64,000 nucleotides of DNA, from contig CAYHFQ010000001.1 of assembly GCA_964355955.1 (NCBI GenBank), positions 39,419 to 103,418 of the forward strand. Direction: 5' to 3'. The notes below the pieces were generated by a model that saw nothing but the letters and a program-made list of their open reading frames with translations, searched no databases and had not been told where the DNA came from. The stretch's first letter is position 1, and the number at the start of each line of letters is the position of its first letter. Below are positions 10,283 to 19,488 of the stretch, in pieces. The translations under genes were made by a program, and so were the position numbers. Source of the DNA: an uncultured Gammaproteobacteria bacterium. Its GTDB lineage: Bacteria; Patescibacteriota; Patescibacteriia; UBA9934.

Positions 10283-10482
10283 GACTCTACAGCGAGAGCC
10301 TTAGCAATTTTTTCTATATTATCGATTGACACATTCCTCTCCCCTCTTTCAATAGAACCAATGTAGGTACGATGTAAACCTGACATACTCCCCAAATCTT
10401 CCTGAGAAATATTTTTCAATAGCCTTATTTCCTTCAGCTTCTTTGAAAAAACAATCCTTAACTTTTGCGTGTTTGCTTTCAT
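10264..10482 (-). CDS. Controller (C) protein, XRE-family HTH regulator of the R-M system
   Basis: 72-aa HTH_3 protein (…[39 protein letters not shown]…). It sits directly upstream of the endonuclease gene and overlaps it. Confidence 0.8.
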   Translation of the reverse strand: MKANTQKLRIVFSKKLKEIRLLKNISQEDLGSMSGLHRTYIGSIERGERNVSIDNIEKIAKALAVESWELFT

Positions 10483-11518
10483 ACGTAAATATGATAATGT
10501 TATGATGATTATGAATCTACAGACTTTAAGTAGCATCCCTTTCAATCCAGCATATACTACAAGACTAGGCCAAGCATTTTGCGCTGACTCTCTAGATATA
10601 CTAAAAGCGATGCCTGATAACAGTGTTAATTTAGTAATTACTAGTCCTCCGTTCGCTCTCTTAAGAAAAAAAGAATACGGAAATGAAAACCAAGATCAGT
10701 ATGTAGACTGGCTTGCTCAGTTTGCAAAAATTGTGCAGCGAGTTTTAACACACGATGGTAGCTTCGTAGTGGACATTGGTGGAGCCTATGAACAAGGCGT
10801 GCCAGTAAGAAGTCTTTATAATTTTAGAGTTTTGTTAAAATTTTGTGATGAAATAGGTTTTAATCTCGCCGAAGAATTTTATTGGTATAACCCATCAAAA
10901 TTGCCTAGTCCAATAGAATGGGTAAATAAGAGAAAAATAAGAGCTAAGGACTCAGTCAATACAGTTTGGTGGTTTTCAAAAACCAAATGGCCAAAGGCAG
11001 ATGTGCGAAAAGTTTTAGTACCATACAGTGACAGGATGAAACAACTTTTAAAAAACCCTGCCGCTTTCTATTCCCCCAGTAAACGCCCTTCTGGTCATGA
11101 TATAAGTAGTCGATTTGGTACTGACAATGGAGGAGCAATTCCTTCTAACTTATTACAAATATCGAATTCCGAATCCAATAGCCAATATCTGTCTTTATGT
11201 AAATTAATTGGTGAAAAGCAACATCCGGCTAGATTTCCCGTGCAATTACCAGAATTCTTTATAAAATTTTTAACTGAACCTAACGATTTTGTAGTTGATA
11301 TTTTTGCCGGATCAAATACTACTGGGCAAGCTGCGGAAAATCTCGGAAGACGCTGGTTATCAATAGATATGGATAACCACTATGTAGCTACATCGGCATT
11401 AAGATTCTTAAACAAACAAACATTAAAAAACGATGAGATTTTAGAAATCTTTAACAAAATTCTTGCAAAGGAGCAAGTGAACATATTGTCATCTTTAAAC
11501 AAAGAAACCTTACTATAA
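10469..11518 (+). CDS. Beta-class N4-cytosine/N6-adenine DNA methyltransferase, M.PvuII-like
   Basis: Motif IV SPPF (LVITSPPFAL) sits N-terminal and motif I FAGSNTTG C-terminal, the beta-class order. Divergent from C/R. Alternative internal starts at 10502-10511 are reminiscent of the two starts of M.PvuII. Confidence 0.82.
   Translation: MFAFIRKYDNVMMIMNLQTLSSIPFNPAYTTRLGQAFCADSLDILKAMPDNSVNLVITSPPFALLRKKEYGNENQDQYVDWLAQFAKIVQRVLTHDGSFVVDIGGAYEQGVPVRSLYNFRVLLKFCDEIGFNLAEEFYWYNPSKLPSPIEWVNKRKIRAKDSVNTVWWFSKTKWPKADVRKVLVPYSDRMKQLLKNPAAFYSPSKRPSGHDISSRFGTDNGGAIPSNLLQISNSESNSQYLSLCKLIGEKQHPARFPVQLPEFFIKFLTEPNDFVVDIFAGSNTTGQAAENLGRRWLSIDMDNHYVATSALRFLNKQTLKNDEILEIFNKILAKEQVNILSSLNKETLL
10507..10534 (-). 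promoter_or_regulatory. Putative C-box operator for the C/R promoter
   Basis: Minus-strand sequence ACTTAAAGTC-TGTA-GATTCATAATC lies 25-50 nt upstream of the C start. It resembles the recalled C.PvuII operator GACTnnnAGTC-TGTA-GACTnnnAGTC, and lies inside the 5' end of the divergent M gene. Confidence 0.45.
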
Positions 11519-11521
11519 AAG

Positions 11522-12598
11522 TTACCCACCAATGCGGAAGTGGCAGACGTCGCCGTCGGCCATAATGTAGTCCTTGCCTTCAATACGGAGTTTACCAGCG
11601 TCGCGGGCGCCGGATTCACCACCGAGGGCGATATAATCGGCGTAAGAGATGACTTCGGCGCGGATGAAGTTCTTTTCGAAGTCCGTGTGGATGACACCGG
11701 CGGCTTGTGGGGCCTTCGTGCCTTCGTGAATGGTCCAAGCGCGGGTTTCAACTTCGCCGGTGGTGATGAAAGTCATGAGATGGAGCAACTTGTAACATTC
11801 ACGGATGACGCTATCGAGGCCAGATTCTTTGAAGCCAAGTTCTTGGAGCATCATGGCCGCATCTTCCGTCGACATGCCGGCGAGTTCGGCTTCAATTTTG
11901 ATGGAGATTGGGATGGCTAAGCGATTTGGACCGAGGGGAGAAGTCCAAGTACCGGAAGTAGCCACGTCTTCACTGACGTTGACGACGTAGAGAATTGGTT
12001 TATTGGTTAAGAGCATGATGCCTTGAACGGCGACCTTTTCCTCGTCGGTGAGATCCACGCTGAAGGCGAGGTGGCCGGCCGTGAGCGCGATGAACCATTT
12101 TTCCACGGCACTGGCTTGAGGGGCGAGATCCGTGTTTTTGCCGCCCTTCATTTTGTTAGCCAAGTTGTCGCGCATCTTCTCCACGGTCGCCAAGTCGGCC
12201 ATGGCTAGTTCGAGTTCGATAACCTCCACGTCGCGGAGGGGGTCGACGGAGCCATCAACGTGAGTGACGTCGTCGTTGATGAATTGACGGACAACGTGGA
12301 CAATCATGTCTGTTTCGCGAATATTGGAGAGGAACTTATTGCCCAAACCTTCGCCTTTGTGAGCGCCTTTGACGAGGCCGGCGATGTCCACGAATTCGAT
12401 GGCAGTTGGGATGATCTTGGTCGAGTTCGACATGTCAGAAAGTACCTTGAGGCGGGCGTCTGGGACTTCAACCACGCCGACGTTTGGTTCGATGGTGCAA
12501 AAGGGGAAATTGGCGCAATCGACCTGTTTTTTGGTCAAAGCTGTGAAAAGAGTGGATTTGCCCACGTTTGGGAGTCCGACGATACCGACATTAAGCAT
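11522..12598 (-). CDS. ychF: Ribosome-binding ATPase YchF (Obg-family GTPase)
   Basis: GIVGLPNVGKSTLF, DIAGLVKGA, a TGS-like C-terminus and the NxxE motif of YchF. Confidence 0.9.
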   Translation of the reverse strand: MLNVGIVGLPNVGKSTLFTALTKKQVDCANFPFCTIEPNVGVVEVPDARLKVLSDMSNSTKIIPTAIEFVDIAGLVKGAHKGEGLGNKFLSNIRETDMIVHVVRQFINDDVTHVDGSVDPLRDVEVIELELAMADLATVEKMRDNLANKMKGGKNTDLAPQASAVEKWFIALTAGHLAFSVDLTDEEKVAVQGIMLLTNKPILYVVNVSEDVATSGTWTSPLGPNRLAIPISIKIEAELAGMSTEDAAMMLQELGFKESGLDSVIRECYKLLHLMTFITTGEVETRAWTIHEGTKAPQAAGVIHTDFEKNFIRAEVISYADYIALGGESGARDAGKLRIEGKDYIMADGDVCHFRIGG

Positions 12599-12624
12599 AC
12601 TTTGGTGATAAAATTACTGGCCGA

Positions 12625-12653
12625 AGTGTAGCGGAATTATTGACAAATGCCAA
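12625..12653 (-). promoter_or_regulatory. Sigma70-like promoter of ychF
   Basis: Minus strand reads TTGGCA-17 nt-TACACT, about 25 nt upstream of the ATG. It contains the TTCCGCTACACTTCG 15-mer shared with the rpsT promoter. Confidence 0.5.
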
Positions 12654-12723
12654 GTTTTGAGGTAATTTTTGCGGTTGCCACAACGGCAACAACTCTCCCC
12701 CACCCCTCACAACCGGAGTCTCC

Positions 12724-13920
12724 ATGTCCATGTTCCTTCTCCTCATCTCCTCGCTGGCCCTGGCCACCGATGCGCCGCTCAACTGGATCAAACCGGTCGA
12801 CCCGAACCTGAAGCCGTCCGCCGCGACGGTGGTAGTACTGATCAGCCGAACCCGTGTCGACGAGACCGCGCTCAACAACATCAACAAATGGCAAGCCGAC
12901 GGCTTCCTGCTGCTCGACGGCGAGCAGGCAACGAAGGGCCAGATCCTGGCCGGCCTCAACCAGGCCAAGCAGTACGGCCACGTCATCTTGAACGTGGATG
13001 AGCTGGGCATTGGTGGCGACTTCGGTGACCCGTTCGTGATGCCGTATGGGGCTGTCCCAGACGACGTGAATGGCGTGCTGCGGCCGAGCGAGATCATGAA
13101 GACCGTCCAAGGTAGTCAGGCCTGGGTGGCCGTGATCAGCAACACCATGAACAACGAAGTGACGAGCGGCGGCAAGGAGGCCTTCATCGGGCCCGATGCC
13201 AGCCAGTGGCTCGACGCTGCAGCAGAAGGCAGCAACGTGTTCGTGCTGACGGCTGGTACGTCGCAGAATCTCCCGAGTGCACCGTGCCAGGAGAACTTTG
13301 CTGCCATGCTGTGGGGCAACCTGGCGACACGCTACGCCACTGGCCACGATCTGAGCTTCTACGAGCTCGCGCAGACGGCCAAGGAGTTGACCAACATCAC
13401 GATCGTCAACGTGGTGAGTGGCTCGACCGTTTGCAACTTCACCCCCGAGGCCAAGTACCAGGGCAGCGTGACACCGAAGACGGTCATGCTGATCGGTAGC
13501 GGCGTGTTGCCCGACCCGGTGATCGAGCTGCAACCTGAGTTCACGCCAGTCGATCCAACGATCCCCAAGCTCAGCGTACCGATGACGTCGACACTCAACG
13601 AGGTGAAGCCGAAGTCGCGTTTGCCGAGTGTGATCGGGTTCGCGGCTGGCGGCGGATGCTTGGTCGGAGGTGCGGTCGAGTCCGTGCTATTCCTGAACGG
13701 CGTCAAACAGGCCAAGGAGACCTTCGCTAGTGACAACCTGACCGCCAACTTCAGCAGCGAGGCGGAGATGGACACGGCCTACGACGCTGCCGTGACCAAG
13801 CTCAGTGCGCAAGGCAATACGGCCATCGGGCTGTACGCCTGTGCTGGTCTCGGTGTCGGCCTCGGCACCACTACCCTGTTCCTTTCCGGCCACACGGTCG
13901 GCGTGACCACAGCGTTCTAG
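12724..13920 (+). CDS. Secreted hypothetical protein (signal peptide)
   Basis: N-terminal MSMFLLLISSLALATDAPL signal. GGAG lies upstream. 398 aa, GC-rich. A long antisense ORF is attributed to high GC. Confidence 0.5.
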   Translation: MSMFLLLISSLALATDAPLNWIKPVDPNLKPSAATVVVLISRTRVDETALNNINKWQADGFLLLDGEQATKGQILAGLNQAKQYGHVILNVDELGIGGDFGDPFVMPYGAVPDDVNGVLRPSEIMKTVQGSQAWVAVISNTMNNEVTSGGKEAFIGPDASQWLDAAAEGSNVFVLTAGTSQNLPSAPCQENFAAMLWGNLATRYATGHDLSFYELAQTAKELTNITIVNVVSGSTVCNFTPEAKYQGSVTPKTVMLIGSGVLPDPVIELQPEFTPVDPTIPKLSVPMTSTLNEVKPKSRLPSVIGFAAGGGCLVGGAVESVLFLNGVKQAKETFASDNLTANFSSEAEMDTAYDAAVTKLSAQGNTAIGLYACAGLGVGLGTTTLFLSGHTVGVTTAF

Positions 13921-14001
13921 TTCTCAGCGATGCCAACTGGCGTGCGCTGACAACAAAAGTCCCCTTTCACCGATTGGTGAGAGGGGGCTTCTTCGTTTAG
14001 T

Positions 14002-14031
14002 TCAAGCGGGGCATGGTAACCCCGCCTATTA
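14002..14031. repeat. Palindromic mini-repeat, copy A (intergenic)
   Basis: TCAAGCGGGGCATGGTAACCCCGCCTATTA. Stem GCGGGG/CCCCGC. Near-identical to copies at 16694 and 32010. Confidence 0.8.
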
Positions 14032-16368
14032 AGGGGAGGTCGCTTCGGTCATTGGATCGAGTGGTGGTGGGAGCAGCTTGTCGGCTAAGCCTTGGCGGAG
14101 ACGAGAGAGGCGTGTTTTGACGAGCTCGTTATTTGGGTTGGCGTCGGCCACGGCTTGGACATGAGTTATGGCACCTTCGAGGTCGCCAGCGTTCTCGAGG
14201 ATGGTGGCCAAGTACCAATGAGCATCGGCGTAGTCGGAGCTGATATCGAGAACGCGGAGGAGTTCAGCTTTGGCGAGGTCATTCTTGCCTTGTTTGAGGT
14301 AGAGTAAAGCGAGTTGGACGCCGACACCGACATCGTTTGGATTTGATTTCCGAATAGCTTCGAGGCCCGCAATGGCGTCGGTTAATTTACCTTGGCGCTC
14401 GTAGACGCCGGCCAAGTAGTAGCCAGCCGGAGCATAGTCTGGCTTGAGTTTCTGGGCGGCGAGTAGAGCAGTGAGGGCTGAGTCCAAGGCTGAGAAACGA
14501 ACGAGTGTGGCTTTGGCGGCCAAGTCTTTGTCGGTGCCAGCCATGATGACTGCAGCCCCGTCGGCAGCAGCGAGATAGGCTTGAGCAACGTTGACGAGGT
14601 AACGAGGATTATTGGGAGCGAGTGATTGGGCATTTTGATAGGCAGCGAGTTCGAAAGAAACTGATTCAGGAAGAACTGGTGCGATTTCTTTGTAAGTGTC
14701 ACCGAGAATGACCCAGTTGGCAACGTTGCCACTGGCGAGTTCCGTGGCACGTTTAGCAGCATTGACGCTTGCGCCGACGAGTTGCTGAACGTAGGTTTGG
14801 TCAACGTCTGGCTGCTTCAGAGCAATAGCAGTTTTCTGCAAAAGAATGTGGGCGAGATTGCGATAGTAAATGTCGTTCCAGCGATTAATGACGGCGGCGC
14901 GGTCTAGTGTAGCAATAACGTCATCTGGATTGCCGCCTGTTTGACTGAGGGTGATGGCGCGTTGAAAAGATAGCTCGGCCAAATAGCGAGAACCGGCTAC
15001 GAAGAGTGTAGTGAAGAGGCCGAGGACGACGCAGACGGAGAGGAAGATGGCGACGAGGCCGGTGCGAGGAGATTGGTCAAAAGAAACTTCGTGCAATTTT
15101 TTGACGGAGAGTGAGGCGAGAATGGCAGAGAGAAGCCAGAAGCTGACGGATAAGGTGATGTTTGAGGAGATAAGGAACTGAGCCACGAAGAGCACGAGCC
15201 AAGCAGTGAGTGGTGCAATTATGATAGTTCGATTGGTGGTATGGCGGGAGCTGAAGAGGACGATGATGGCGCCGACCAGAATAGATAAGCAGATGAGCAA
15301 GTAGAAGCTGGTGCTAATGAGGCCGAGTATTGGGAGGAGAGTTAGGAAATACGAGCTGGCCGAGGAGAAAGTAGTGTCCCAGTAAGGTGTGGCGTTGATA
15401 GATGGTGAGTAGTGGGCGGCGTAGTCGAAACCGTAAGTGCCAGCACCGGAGCCGAAGAGGAGATGGTCGTGGAGGGTATTGGTGGCAATAGCGAGGCTAG
15501 CAGATTGAGTTGGGGCGATCTCTGGGGCGAAAGGACTACTGATGGGGCTCGGTAAAATAATAAAGATGAGGCTCAGTCCGAAGAGCAGCATGGGCAGGAC
15601 AAAGCGGCCGTGGTGCTTGAACTCGTTTGTCTTGATGAAGGCGATGAGGAAGAGGGAGCCGAGGCCGACGAGAGTGAGGAGCCAGAGAGGATTGTGGTCG
15701 AGAGCGAGGAGAGTGATGAAAGTTACAAGGGTTGTAATGCTAATAGAGGCGCGGACGATGAGGCCAGAGGGACCGCTCGGCAGTGAGGAGTGTGCGATGT
15801 CGGTTTGATCCGTTAACCAGAGGCCAAGACCGAGGGTCATCATGGCAATAAGATAGACGGCGAAAGTGTTGGCGCCACCGATGAGGGCTGGTATGAACTT
15901 AGCACCAAAGAAAGTTGGGAGAGCGAGCAAGGAAATGAGGGCGCTGCCAATGAGGAGAGCGGAGAGAAGGCGGCGAGTTTGACCCAGGGTTTTCAGAGAC
16001 TCGGCGCCGAGGAAGAAGAGCAGGCCGTACATGGCGAAGCTGAGGACGCTCGTGTATTCCTGCCCAGCTTGGCCCAGTAAGGATAAGTAGGGTGACTCGC
16101 GCAGGCCGGGAGTAATGAGTAGAGCAATGATGAGAAGACCAAAGAGTAAATAACTCCAGTCACGACGTAAACTTAGAGTGCGAGTTTGGATTATAGTGGC
16201 AGTTAAAGAGAGGCTCGCTAGGACGACGATGAGGACGAGGAGAGTTTGTTTAATGAGTTCACGCGGTTCGATGGTGAGGGGTAGATAGAGTAACGGTACG
16301 GCGACGGCCAAAATTAGGAACGCGGCAGACGTCCAGAGTTGGCTCAAACGGGCGAACGAAAATTTCAT
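14029..16368 (-). CDS. O-antigen ligase (Wzy_C)-like polytopic membrane protein with a C-terminal TPR repeat domain
   Basis: About 12 TM helices in the N-terminal two-thirds. TPR-like repeats at the C-terminus (…AQAYLAAADGAAVIMAG…YYLAGVYERQGKLTDA…). Confidence 0.65.
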   Translation of the reverse strand: MKFSFARLSQLWTSAAFLILAVAVPLLYLPLTIEPRELIKQTLLVLIVVLASLSLTATIIQTRTLSLRRDWSYLLFGLLIIALLITPGLRESPYLSLLGQAGQEYTSVLSFAMYGLLFFLGAESLKTLGQTRRLLSALLIGSALISLLALPTFFGAKFIPALIGGANTFAVYLIAMMTLGLGLWLTDQTDIAHSSLPSGPSGLIVRASISITTLVTFITLLALDHNPLWLLTLVGLGSLFLIAFIKTNEFKHHGRFVLPMLLFGLSLIFIILPSPISSPFAPEIAPTQSASLAIATNTLHDHLLFGSGAGTYGFDYAAHYSPSINATPYWDTTFSSASSYFLTLLPILGLISTSFYLLICLSILVGAIIVLFSSRHTTNRTIIIAPLTAWLVLFVAQFLISSNITLSVSFWLLSAILASLSVKKLHEVSFDQSPRTGLVAIFLSVCVVLGLFTTLFVAGSRYLAELSFQRAITLSQTGGNPDDVIATLDRAAVINRWNDIYYRNLAHILLQKTAIALKQPDVDQTYVQQLVGASVNAAKRATELASGNVANWVILGDTYKEIAPVLPESVSFELAAYQNAQSLAPNNPRYLVNVAQAYLAAADGAAVIMAGTDKDLAAKATLVRFSALDSALTALLAAQKLKPDYAPAGYYLAGVYERQGKLTDAIAGLEAIRKSNPNDVGVGVQLALLYLKQGKNDLAKAELLRVLDISSDYADAHWYLATILENAGDLEGAITHVQAVADANPNNELVKTRLSRLRQGLADKLLPPPLDPMTEATSP

Positions 16369-16374
16369 AGGCGA

Positions 16375-19300
16375 CTATGGTGTGGCTGGTGCTTCAGCGG
16401 CTGGAGCTGAGTCTACTGGCGCTGATTCGGCTACGGGCTCAGATGTAACGATAGGATCAGGGGAGGCTACTGGCTCGGCAAGAATAGTGGCGCCAACGGC
16501 TGGGTCGGTCGCTGCTACTGGTTCAGTTATAGTTATGGGATCGGCAACTGATTCAGGGACAGTAGTTGGTTCATCGACTACTACTGGAGCCTCGATTGGA
16601 GTCTCGGTGGTGACAGGCTCGGTGGTTGGAGCAGTGGTATCTGCCGATGGGTCGATTACTGGATTAGTCGAGCTCGGCGTGGAAACTGGCTCATCAGAGC
16701 GGGGCATGGTAACCCCGCCTATTAGATCCGCCTGGACAGGTTCGGTGGTGGCCGAGACTGGTGCGAAGTCTTTGTGGTAGGCCATGACTAACCAGTCGAC
16801 CTCAACGCCGTTTGAGTTATTGATGTCGCGGATAGTGAAGCCAGCGAGGTCGCGCTCGCTGATGTAGATTTGGCCGGTTAAGCCGGATGGGGTGGCAATG
16901 ACGCGATAAGGTGAGGTGTTACTAATGATGTCGGCGAACTGAGGGTCGACGTCGGCGAAGAGAATGCGAGCAATGCCGTTTTGGAGAGTTGATGTGCCGC
17001 TTAATTGAATGAGGTGCTGACGGCTCATGGTGGCGTAGGTTTCGACTGGCGCGCCGCTGTAGCCGGTAACTAGGCCGACGAGCTGACCGTGAGTGGTAAA
17101 ATCGCCGTTAGCGGATAATGACCAGGTGCTGCCGAGGCCTTGCAACGATGAGACAGCGAGAATGCGGCCGCCGTTCATGTTGAGCGAGCCGTCGACGTCG
17201 AGGGTGGAAGTATCCGTGAGACCGGAAACGGAATTATCGGCTGTGACGACCGGGTTAGCAGCGACAACTTCGGCTGAGGTGGCAGGGGCAGGAGCGGCAA
17301 CTGAACCACCGAACCACTGCGGTTGGACGAGCACACGGATGGTACCGGTGGAGGATGATAATGGCTCGAGGGCGTAACCGACTATACGGCCAGCGCCAAT
17401 GGCTTTAGCGCCGTAGCCGCTGGTAGTTGACGAGGCGGTGATAGGGTCACCGATATTGATGACTCCCCTGCTGTCGTCGACTAGGGTGTCGATCTGACCA
17501 ATTAAACCGACGAGACTGTAGTTTGAATTGTGTCGCAGGTCCTCCGAGCTATCGCCTACGTTATTACCAATAAAAGCAGGGTTTGTGGAGATGACGCCGA
17601 TAGGATTGGCTTGCCCAGGAGTACACTGAGTAACGTAATTATTATTAGCAGAATCCTGACAGACTACCTGTCCGCCACTCAAAGCCTCACTGTTGGTGGG
17701 AAAATATTCAGCTAAGTCAGCGCCGCCTCCGGTGAAAGCTCCGTCGGCATAGGCGTCACCACCAGTCGTGACACGGAAGGTTGTGACTGGTCCGGCGCGC
17801 AGAACAATGGCGTCGTCGGCGCTGCCGGCGTCACCGATGTCGATGGCCAAGGCGCTTTCGCCTGGGTCGTCGGCGATATGTGGCGCGGAGTGGGCTTGGG
17901 CGATGAAGATACCTTTAGCACATGGGCTGGCGGTGCAGCTGGTATTGTTAGCGTCTTGGACGACTACTAAAGCGTTACCGGTGCTAGTGGCGCTAGTGTT
18001 GTTTTGCGCAACGCTAAGCAAGGCGCCAGTAAAAGCCGAACCGGCATCGGCTCGAGTGATGGACATGCCAATACCGCTGGTGACGGAGTCGTTGATAAAA
18101 TGCTGACCGATGGTACCGGCAGTGGTGGCAATAGCGGTGTGAACGAGGTCACCGCCACTGAGGTCGAAGGCATCGGCATCGAGGTATGATAGGGAGCCAG
18201 TTGCTGAGGCGTTAGAGGCGTAGAAGGCAATGGTTGGATTATTAGTGTCACTCACGCCGTCACCAATACGCACTATGTTAGTGGCTTCGGTCACTGAGAA
18301 GGCAGCCGTTGTTGTAGTATTGCCGACGGCAAAGTTGTCGCCAGCAGTCACGTAGACCAAACCGGAGCCGTTTGGGGCCAGGGAAATGTCGCCACCTGTT
18401 GAAGAGAGAGCGAGGGCAGATGATGAAGTGACCGAGCCACCGTTGGCTGCCACGATGCCGGTAGTTGCGATATTGCCGTTACTGCCGATGGACCAATCGT
18501 TACCGCCGGTCAAAGTAAATAAAGTTGAAGCATGAGCGTTGCCAATGATGATAGTGTCCGCTTGTGTACCTTCTGTCGCGATGTTGATAGCGTCAGGACT
18601 GTCGGCTGAGGTACCGCCAATGTTGATGGTTTTGGTCGAGACACCGGCCGCGTTGTCGATGTTAAGAGTAGTGGCGGCAGAGGCGAAACTGAGTGTGGTG
18701 GCAGTTGAGGTCAGAAGGTTGAAAGTAGTGGCGCTAGTTGTGAAGTCTCCCCCATTAACTGCGAGGTCGCCTGTAGCCACGGTGTCGCCTTCAGCGTCGA
18801 CGGTAAATTTAGCTGTGCTAGTGACGGCGATGCCAAATAGAACGTCGTTGGCAGAAACGTCGGCAGTAGCTGGATTGACGAGCAATGAACCGTCAGCGTA
18901 GGTGGAGCCGTCTGGGTTACCAGTCAATTTAAGGTTACCAGCGCTTGAGAGAACTAGGGCGGCGGCTGTGGTGGCACCAACTTGAGTACTATCAAAACCA
19001 TCTAGCGTGTCGGAATTCATGGCGTAAGGAGCGGAAACGATTTGTTTGCGAGGGGTTAAAGATTCGCCTGCGACGGTAATGTCCAAGTAGAGAGTGGCAT
19101 TATTAGCAAAAACACTATCGGAAATAGCAGCGTAAGGAGTGCCGGCAGCGGTGTCGCCAAGATTTTCACTGAAGAGGCCGTCAGTTAGAGTTACAGTACG
19201 AGCCGTTGCAGCGGCACCAGAACTATTGCTGTTGGTCCAGACACATTCAGCGTCACCAGGACTACCAGTAGCAAGCGTGGTGTACAGAGCAAAGATCATG

Positions 19301-19488
19301 CTGACTGAAGCAGAACTGATTGGTACACCGTTAGCGTTTAATAAACGGCCCTGATAGTTAAGAATATTGGGGGCGGAGGCGGCGTGAACCTGGGAAAGAG
19401 TGAAACCGAAGAGGCCGGAAAATAATAAGATGGCCAGCAGTGAGCCAGCTAAGAATCGTCGCAATTGAAATGCGGCACGAGTCATCAT
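16375..19488 (-). CDS. Giant secreted surface protein (1037 aa) with a Thr/Gly/Ala-rich beta-rich region and a C-terminal Pro/Thr/Glu-rich tail
   Basis: Signal peptide (…LSQVHAAS). Low-complexity repeats. The C-terminal PVxTEP tail contains in-frame mini-repeat copy B. Confidence 0.6.
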   Translation of the reverse strand: MMTRAAFQLRRFLAGSLLAILLFSGLFGFTLSQVHAASAPNILNYQGRLLNANGVPISSASVSMIFALYTTLATGSPGDAECVWTNSNSSGAAATARTVTLTDGLFSENLGDTAAGTPYAAISDSVFANNATLYLDITVAGESLTPRKQIVSAPYAMNSDTLDGFDSTQVGATTAAALVLSSAGNLKLTGNPDGSTYADGSLLVNPATADVSANDVLFGIAVTSTAKFTVDAEGDTVATGDLAVNGGDFTTSATTFNLLTSTATTLSFASAATTLNIDNAAGVSTKTINIGGTSADSPDAINIATEGTQADTIIIGNAHASTLFTLTGGNDWSIGSNGNIATTGIVAANGGSVTSSSALALSSTGGDISLAPNGSGLVYVTAGDNFAVGNTTTTAAFSVTEATNIVRIGDGVSDTNNPTIAFYASNASATGSLSYLDADAFDLSGGDLVHTAIATTAGTIGQHFINDSVTSGIGMSITRADAGSAFTGALLSVAQNNTSATSTGNALVVVQDANNTSCTASPCAKGIFIAQAHSAPHIADDPGESALAIDIGDAGSADDAIVLRAGPVTTFRVTTGGDAYADGAFTGGGADLAEYFPTNSEALSGGQVVCQDSANNNYVTQCTPGQANPIGVISTNPAFIGNNVGDSSEDLRHNSNYSLVGLIGQIDTLVDDSRGVINIGDPITASSTTSGYGAKAIGAGRIVGYALEPLSSSTGTIRVLVQPQWFGGSVAAPAPATSAEVVAANPVVTADNSVSGLTDTSTLDVDGSLNMNGGRILAVSSLQGLGSTWSLSANGDFTTHGQLVGLVTGYSGAPVETYATMSRQHLIQLSGTSTLQNGIARILFADVDPQFADIISNTSPYRVIATPSGLTGQIYISERDLAGFTIRDINNSNGVEVDWLVMAYHKDFAPVSATTEPVQADLIGGVTMPRSDEPVSTPSSTNPVIDPSADTTAPTTEPVTTETPIEAPVVVDEPTTVPESVADPITITEPVAATDPAVGATILAEPVASPDPIVTSEPVAESAPVDSAPAAEAPATP
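16694..16724. repeat. Palindromic mini-repeat, copy B (inside a CDS, in frame)
   Basis: TCAGAGCGGGGCATGGTAACCCCGCCTATTA. On the minus strand it encodes [12 protein letters not shown] within the 1037-aa protein. Confidence 0.8.

Noticed and set aside
12637-13533. 298-aa minus-strand ORF
   Set aside because: It is antisense to the secreted protein gene, which has a clear signal peptide and RBS. High GC explains the open frame.
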